Origin: Paramicrosporidium saccamoebae KSL3
Taxonomy: Eukaryota > Fungi > Cryptomycota
Reading direction: 5' to 3'
Assembly (NCBI GenBank): GCA_002794465.1
Contig: MTSL01000168.1
Coordinates: 36,011-68,010 of the forward strand
DNA: 32,000 bases
The notes below the pieces were generated by a model that saw only the letters and a program-made list of their open reading frames with translations, did not search any database and was not told the DNA's origin. The position numbers and the translations under genes are program-made. The first letter of the stretch is position 1; each line of letters begins with the position of its first letter. Below, one piece after another: positions 26,530-32,000 of the stretch.

Positions 26530-28062
26530 ATGCTACCTCTCTTGGTACTCCTCTGTGTGACTGATGCGCTGCGTCTCCGCGGAACAGTGACCGAATATCG
26601 CTTTTCAACTTCCAATTACCGCCGATTCCTCGCAGCGACGCAGTACTGTGATGAAGACACCCTGAAGGCGCTACCGAGGCTGATGCAAATGGGATCAATT
26701 GGCTGGACAATTGCATATCGGAAGCAGCAACTGGACAACACTAATGCACAATGTCTATATAACGCATTCATCGGGAAGCCGGAGCAGCAGACAGTTTTGC
26801 CACTGCAGCTGCTTTTGTCTCATGAAATGCTGGAGCAACAGTTAGACCGCGATTGGGAAGTGTACAAGACGGAAATGTTTGATTTGACTGTCGCATTGAG
26901 GGCGACAGTAGCGAAAGAGTTGTGGAGACGGCGGATATTGGGCGCAGTGGGCCAGGACCCGGCCCGCGCTACGAACGCTGTGGTCCGGTGGGCGGTGGAG
27001 GAGGGCTTTCTTCAGGTGTTTTATCACTTTTCAGGATATTTTGCGGCTCCGCCAAATGTGCTTGACAACTGGACCAAAGCGATTGGACTGTTGTTAACAC
27101 ATATCCATGCCTTGTATGTTAATAGCATACATGTCCTCCCAGAATCCCAAGAACTGATCCTTCTCCGACAGTTTGTCCATGAACCGCGAAACCCAAGAGT
27201 CTATGAACAGCTCTTGGTAGATATTAAACAAAGAATTGCTGACCAACCTGACGAAGAGTGCCCTTCAAAATTAGCCTATTGGCACGGAAAGCTGTTGTAT
27301 CTGGCCCTGACTCTCCAGCCCGGCCGTCTTGGAACAGACCCATCTCCACGCAGTATGGTTGTCGTCTTTTTCACTTCATACTCTCCGCAGCATTACAAGT
27401 TCGATCAGCTAAAGCTCTTGTCGCGTCCCATTCTCTGCCAGCGACTACTGCTTGGGCCTCTTGAGGGACGTTTGGAAGCCAACTTGGAGGCGATCGGAAG
27501 ACGACCTGCGTTCCTAATAAAATTTTGGGGGACGCGATGGATGCTAACGAGGACGTGGAAGAGTTTGCAGCTGGCTTATAACGTCTTTACGCCTCCGCCC
27601 GGAGTGTGTGGATGGCAAGAAGTCTGTGTTGCATTGATGGAAAGTGGCTACGGGGGAGGAGCGCTATACTTTCGTTTCGCCAGTGTCCTTCGACTAAGAA
27701 CCCAAGCGGGGATTGTAGAGTGTCATGATGTACTCTCCCTGCTCAAGGTACTACCCGATGTGTTGATGAAAGAGAGCGGCGTTTTCAAGAGTACCCTCTT
27801 TGGAAACCGACTACGTGATCATTCGTTTATTCCATTGTGGCACGCTATTGCGCGTCTGTTTGTCCTTGGCTCTCTACATGAAGAGCGGGATGTATTCAAG
27901 CTTGCCCCACGATTGTGGTATCGTCTGTATCAAATGGCAAACTACACCCTACCCACACGTGTAGCGCTAAAATATTCAAACCATAATGGCCTGAATGTAC
28001 TGGTCGGACTGCTCACTAACACGGACTTTTTCTGCATTACCAACTACCAATTCACAACATAG
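26530..28062 (+). CDS. secreted family paralog P5, 510 aa
   Basis: Signal peptide MLPLLVLLCVTDA-LR; YCDEDTLKAL, LPLQLLL, AYWHGKLL, KFWGTR, CGWQEVC, IARLFVLG…RDVF. Confidence 0.87.
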   Translation: MLPLLVLLCVTDALRLRGTVTEYRFSTSNYRRFLAATQYCDEDTLKALPRLMQMGSIGWTIAYRKQQLDNTNAQCLYNAFIGKPEQQTVLPLQLLLSHEMLEQQLDRDWEVYKTEMFDLTVALRATVAKELWRRRILGAVGQDPARATNAVVRWAVEEGFLQVFYHFSGYFAAPPNVLDNWTKAIGLLLTHIHALYVNSIHVLPESQELILLRQFVHEPRNPRVYEQLLVDIKQRIADQPDEECPSKLAYWHGKLLYLALTLQPGRLGTDPSPRSMVVVFFTSYSPQHYKFDQLKLLSRPILCQRLLLGPLEGRLEANLEAIGRRPAFLIKFWGTRWMLTRTWKSLQLAYNVFTPPPGVCGWQEVCVALMESGYGGGALYFRFASVLRLRTQAGIVECHDVLSLLKVLPDVLMKESGVFKSTLFGNRLRDHSFIPLWHAIARLFVLGSLHEERDVFKLAPRLWYRLYQMANYTLPTRVALKYSNHNGLNVLVGLLTNTDFFCITNYQFTT

Positions 28063-28410
28063 CGATTCTGTGTCGTGTCTAATCACGAGGCTGATGTTTT
28101 TTATTACAAACCCTTTATCAGAGATTGAGCCATGATCATAATATTAAAGATCCTTGGTCCCAATGGGAAAATATACCCTTTATCTGTAGCTATGCTACTG
28201 AGAATGCTTTGCTCTTGGCCTGTAACTAGGTTATTGAGAACCCCTTATCCTTAACCTTGAGAGTCTCTTATCTTTGGTTCGTTGATATACCCTCCCACGT
28301 CATTCATGGTATCTGATTATACTACTTTACAGATAGGTTAATTGCTTCCATCATCATTCATACTTCCATAATTCCATACTCCCATGGTCACTTGGCCACC
28401 TCATCTTCAT

Positions 28411-28920
28411 CTATAGGGGCACTAGCGGAGAATCACCCTCTACATCGCTGTCGCGTCCATCAAAGTCATCCGTATTAAACACTTGAATGTCTTCTACGAC
28501 CACCTTGACATCCACACGTCCACCTGTTTCCTCTTTTACTTCACCTTCATTTTCAAGCAACTCTCCTTTCCACGCCTCCGCCAGTACCTCCAACTCTCGC
28601 TTTGCCTCGCTGCCCGCCACACCCACCTCCTCACTATCCCGGATCATCTGTTCCTCGTGATGTGAAGCCGGCAATGGAAGGGCCTCCCATTCGTCCACCT
28701 TTTCTGCATCGGCAGCAATTTCAGACTCTTCCAGATCCCACAGCGACGTATCGGGAACCTCGGGCGGCGGGTCGGCTGGCGGAGCGAGAATCGGCTCCAT
28801 TTCCTCGCGAAAGTCTTGATCTCCCGCCAGTTCGCCGTGTACAGCCCTATCCAAAATGTCCAACGCATCACTCCTCGCCCATCCGACCAGGATACCCAAT
28901 GTAAACAACACCAGCCGCAT
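28411..28920 (-). CDS. small secreted, very acidic, Cys-free orphan protein, 169 aa
   Basis: ATG start, signal-like MRLVLFTLGILVGWARS; about 46 of 169 residues D/E by hand count; Pro-rich stretch. Confidence 0.7.
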   Translation of the reverse strand: MRLVLFTLGILVGWARSDALDILDRAVHGELAGDQDFREEMEPILAPPADPPPEVPDTSLWDLEESEIAADAEKVDEWEALPLPASHHEEQMIRDSEEVGVAGSEAKRELEVLAEAWKGELLENEGEVKEETGGRVDVKVVVEDIQVFNTDDFDGRDSDVEGDSPLVPL

Positions 28921-28951
28921 TGCTTAACAAACGAAACAATTTTCATCGTTA

Positions 28952-29831
28952 ATGAGTGCCAGCGAGTCGCTCGGTTCGGGGGCCGTTGCGGGGTTCGCAT
29001 CAGTGTTGGCATTGCAGCCTTTGGATGTGCTAAAGACACGGCTACAAGAGATGCCACGGCATAGCACCACGTGGAACAAGCGAGTCATGGCTGTAGTGCA
29101 GAACACTGTCAGAAATGACGGCATTCGTGGCTTCTGGCGAGGAACTTGTAAGCCGGATAACTCAAGGAGATTGACGTGTAGGGCCGACATTGATACGAAA
29201 TGTCCCGGGAGTGGCCGTGTATTTTGCCACCCTCCAGCAATTGCAGTATTTGGTGCTTCTGGCGAATCGGAGGGGTTTTCCATACTTTTACGATGAGGCA
29301 GGACAAAAGCTCTCAACAGCGGGCAATCTCCTCGTCGGGGCTTCGGCAAGAACGTTTGCAGGCGCCCTGCTGATGCCTGCCACTGTCCTAAAGGTGCGTT
29401 TTGAATCGTCAACATATAACTACCGCACCCTCTCAGAGGCATTACGTAACATTCTCGCCCAAGACGGCGTTCGTGGATTGTTCCGAGGACTGGGTGCAAC
29501 GGCACTAAGGGATGCCCCGCATGCCGGATTGTATCTCGCCTTTTATCGGATGGTGAGATGGGAGGGAGTGGGAGGAACAATGGTCGGTGGTGCCGTTGCA
29601 GGCGCCCTCGCCACTGCCTGCACCCAGCCCTTTGATTTGGCCAAAACAAGAGTGCAGCTGGCCAGAGGAAAAACAGACTTTATCACTGTCCTCAGAGCAG
29701 TGGCAAAGAATGAGGGAATTGCGGGATTGTTCAGTGGGATTGGCCCGAGACTCGTGCGGAAAAGTCTCAGTCAAGCCTTCACTTGGACTGTATATGAGGA
29801 ATTGATGCGTCATTGTAAATCGCTGAAATAG
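28952..29831 (+). CDS. mitochondrial carrier, SLC25A38/Hem25-like (glycine importer); 2 exons (28952-29147, 29182-29831), 281 aa
   Basis: Three carrier signatures (QPLDVLKTRLQ, MPATVLKVRFE, QPFDLAKTRVQ); RNVPG and RDAPHAGLY motifs typical of the SLC25A38 subfamily. Confidence 0.85.
29148..29181 (+). other. spliceosomal micro-intron, 34 nt
   Basis: GTAAGCCGGATAACTCAAGGAGATTGACGTGTAG; joins the two track ORFs in frame (WRGTWPTLIRNVPG). Confidence 0.9.
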
Positions 29832-30008
29832 AACGGGAGCATGAAAGTGGACGTCCCAAATAGAGGTGCATGAATAAGTCTTTACGTCCCCGTTGCATTG
29901 TACATGTGATGCTGTGAATAGACTCTTAACTGCGCCATGAATAAATAAATGTTTGCTCTATAACGTTGCATTGTCACTTGTGACGCCGAATGAATGAATA
30001 AGTGTTTA

Positions 30009-32000
30009 TTATGCGCGACGCCAGGATCCTCCTCCAAATGCTCCTCCCCCACTACTGGATTGTGCTCCAAATGGAGACGATGCACTTCTTGAGCCAAACG
30101 GAGAGGAAGCGGTTTCTGGGACGTTACGCTTGCTGGGTGGCACATATGCCTTGGACAAGGCGGCATCCTTGGCAATGCGCTCTTCCTCCTCCTTAGCACG
30201 CTGTTCCTCGTCAGCACGACGACGCTCTTCCACCTCTCGTTTAGTGGCAGCCTGAGTACGGGCTCTTTCTCGGCGTGCCTCCTTGGCAGTCTCCAAGTCT
30301 GCTGCAGCCTTGGCCTTTTTGGCCTCTAGAGAATCTTGACGACGCGTCTTTAGACCCTCGACGTAGGATTTATAATCGTCACTCATGGCCGTCAGGTTGG
30401 CCTTTAGCTGAATTTCAGCCTCAAACTGTGACTTTGCCTTTTCGTGTATCAGAACAGTCCGCTCATCGTAGGCTACACGATCGTCCTTTTTCTGCTTCTC
30501 ATAATCAGTGGTAAGGAGGGGAATCTCTTCTTGACGATATGCGCGTTCCAAATGATCCAGTCTTCGAACCACAGCAATCATCTTTTCCAGGTTGGCACGT
30601 CTTGCAGCAGCCTCCTTTTTGCGTTCCACCTCTTCCTCCCGCTTCTGCTCTTGGTCACGTCGGATTTCTTCCCGCTCAGCCTCACGACGAGCCGCCTCGC
30701 GTTTTGCAGTCTCCTCAGCAAGACGAATCTTTTCAGCCTCCTTTTCCTGCTGCACCTTTACTGCGCGCTCACGAGCCTCTTCGCGTTCCTTGCGTTGTGC
30801 AATTTCCTCCAAAATTTCCTTCTTCTTCTCAATCAGCGTCTTTCTCGCCAAGTTTGCCTTTTGCTCAGAATCCAAGTTGGCACGAGCCTTTCGTACCAAT
30901 TCATCCAAATCAATTTTTGGCTTTTGCTCCGTGGCAAAGGAAATCTTTTTGCATGCCTCCTCAATCATGGAAATCACCTGTAGCGTCTTGCTCTGCAATG
31001 GGTTGTTAATTTCAATCTTGGGAGGGACAGCAAAGCAGGGCTTCTTAAAACGAACCACACCCGTTTCATGATCAATTCGAAGATGAAAGTCTCCGCTACG
31101 GCATCCTTCAATGATGAATGCATCGAGATTGAATTCCTTAATCGAGAGACTGGGCATAGCAATCTTCTTCTCCAGGGCTTCAAAGGTCTCGACCTTTCCA
31201 GTCTGGGAAATTTTCTTAAAAATCAATGCCACAATGTTCTTGTAGATGGCCGGCACGAATGCACTGAATTGCGGGTTCTGCTCAAGCTCTTGTAGATGCT
31301 TCTCAACAGTGGCGGTATCAAAGTCGCCCTTTGTCGTCTCCAACAGATTAAACAGCTTCTGTGCCGTCTCATTCGCGCGCGGAAGAATGTCACGCGAAAA
31401 GAGCTCCTTGAGAACACCACTGCGACTGGGCGCCTTTTGCAGTCCCAAAAAGTGAGCGAGACGAGTGTTCTTGGCCTCGGTTTCTTCCAAGGTCATGGTA
31501 TTAGTGGCATCATGGTCATGCAGGAGAGGAGAGGCGACAGTTGCAAGAACCGCCATAGTAGCATCTATGCCAATCTTGTATTCGTCATTTTGACTTTTGG
31601 CAAGGGAAAAGAGTTTACATAGAGTTGCGGCAAGATAGAGATAATTGTTTGACATTTGGAAAACGCGGCAGAGACGTTCATAATAAGTCATGACCAAGGC
31701 AGGCTTTGCAGACTTGCGCGCCAGTACAAAGAGACCATGAATGTCCTCAATTGACCGGAATGCTTCATGCCACAGCTCCATCTCGGTGGCCACTGCAAGC
31801 TGTTCAAAACGCAGCTCCAACTGCAACTGATGGCTGGCCGGCTCGCTCAGTGAAATCCCATTAGTCTGGCCGGGATATTTGTTAATGATGGACAAGTGGT
31901 GACGCAGAATCTCACAGAGACGACGGAATTCGGCCTTGCGACCGTACTTGCGACAGAAGATAAAGGCGCGTTCCACTATCACACGGTACACTGACTCGAG
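30009..32000 (-). CDS. TIF32: translation initiation factor eIF3 subunit a, 5'-partial (runs off the window)
   Basis: FCRKYGRKAEFRRLCEILRHHL, LELRFEQLAVATEMELWHEAFRSIEDIHGL, PCI region, charged helical region, LDHLERAYRQEEIPLL. Confidence 0.95.
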   Translation of the reverse strand, partial: LESVYRVIVERAFIFCRKYGRKAEFRRLCEILRHHLSIINKYPGQTNGISLSEPASHQLQLELRFEQLAVATEMELWHEAFRSIEDIHGLFVLARKSAKPALVMTYYERLCRVFQMSNNYLYLAATLCKLFSLAKSQNDEYKIGIDATMAVLATVASPLLHDHDATNTMTLEETEAKNTRLAHFLGLQKAPSRSGVLKELFSRDILPRANETAQKLFNLLETTKGDFDTATVEKHLQELEQNPQFSAFVPAIYKNIVALIFKKISQTGKVETFEALEKKIAMPSLSIKEFNLDAFIIEGCRSGDFHLRIDHETGVVRFKKPCFAVPPKIEINNPLQSKTLQVISMIEEACKKISFATEQKPKIDLDELVRKARANLDSEQKANLARKTLIEKKKEILEEIAQRKEREEARERAVKVQQEKEAEKIRLAEETAKREAARREAEREEIRRDQEQKREEEVERKKEAAARRANLEKMIAVVRRLDHLERAYRQEEIPLLTTDYEKQKKDDRVAYDERTVLIHEKAKSQFEAEIQLKANLTAMSDDYKSYVEGLKTRRQDSLEAKKAKAAADLETAKEARRERARTQAATKREVEERRRADEEQRAKEEEERIAKDAALSKAYVPPSKRNVPETASSPFGSRSASSPFGAQSSSGGGAFGGGSWRRA

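Noticed and set aside
11798-28094. Exact 14-mer AATCACGAGGCTGA at 11798-11811 and 28081-28094, both intergenic
   Set aside because: About 2 such matches are expected by chance in 32 kb, and the contexts differ (promoter vs convergent 3' region)
14240-28333. Shared 13-mer ACTACTTTACAGA at 14240 and 28321
   Set aside because: Within chance expectation for AT-rich intergenic DNA
28924-29649. 241-aa minus-strand ORF
   Set aside because: Antisense shadow of the well-supported carrier gene; no recognisable motifs. The same applies to other long shadows (1353-1850, 4980-5579, 7162-7836, 14339-14971, 30444-31071).

Overview
A gene-dense, compact eukaryotic (fungal-like) nuclear region in the standard genetic code. 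I count about 19 protein genes, several intergenic gaps of only 13-60 nt, four ultra-short GT-AG introns (31-34 nt) and poly(A) signals fused to stop codons. Housekeeping genes are: Tim17/22/23-family (NDUFA11-like), TFIIS, GatB, an SMG6-like PIN protein, proteasome alpha2, KGD1, a Vsb1-like SulP/STAS transporter, MPP alpha, VPS53, an SLC25A38/Hem25-like carrier and eIF3a (partial). This architecture plus a full mitochondrial gene set suggests an early-branching Rozellomycota/microsporidia-related parasite such as Paramicrosporidium; that is inference and was not checked. Highlights: (1) a tandem array of five intact ~500-aa signal-peptide paralogs whose C-terminal ~150 aa look, by eye, like a truncated HECT N-lobe without the catalytic C-lobe; (2) RRP5 apparently split into separate S1-only and HAT-only genes; (3) an H/ACA snoRNA missed by the ORF track, whose 3' pocket matches LSU U2314 (yeast numbering). 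All homology calls come from motif recognition by eye; no searches were run.
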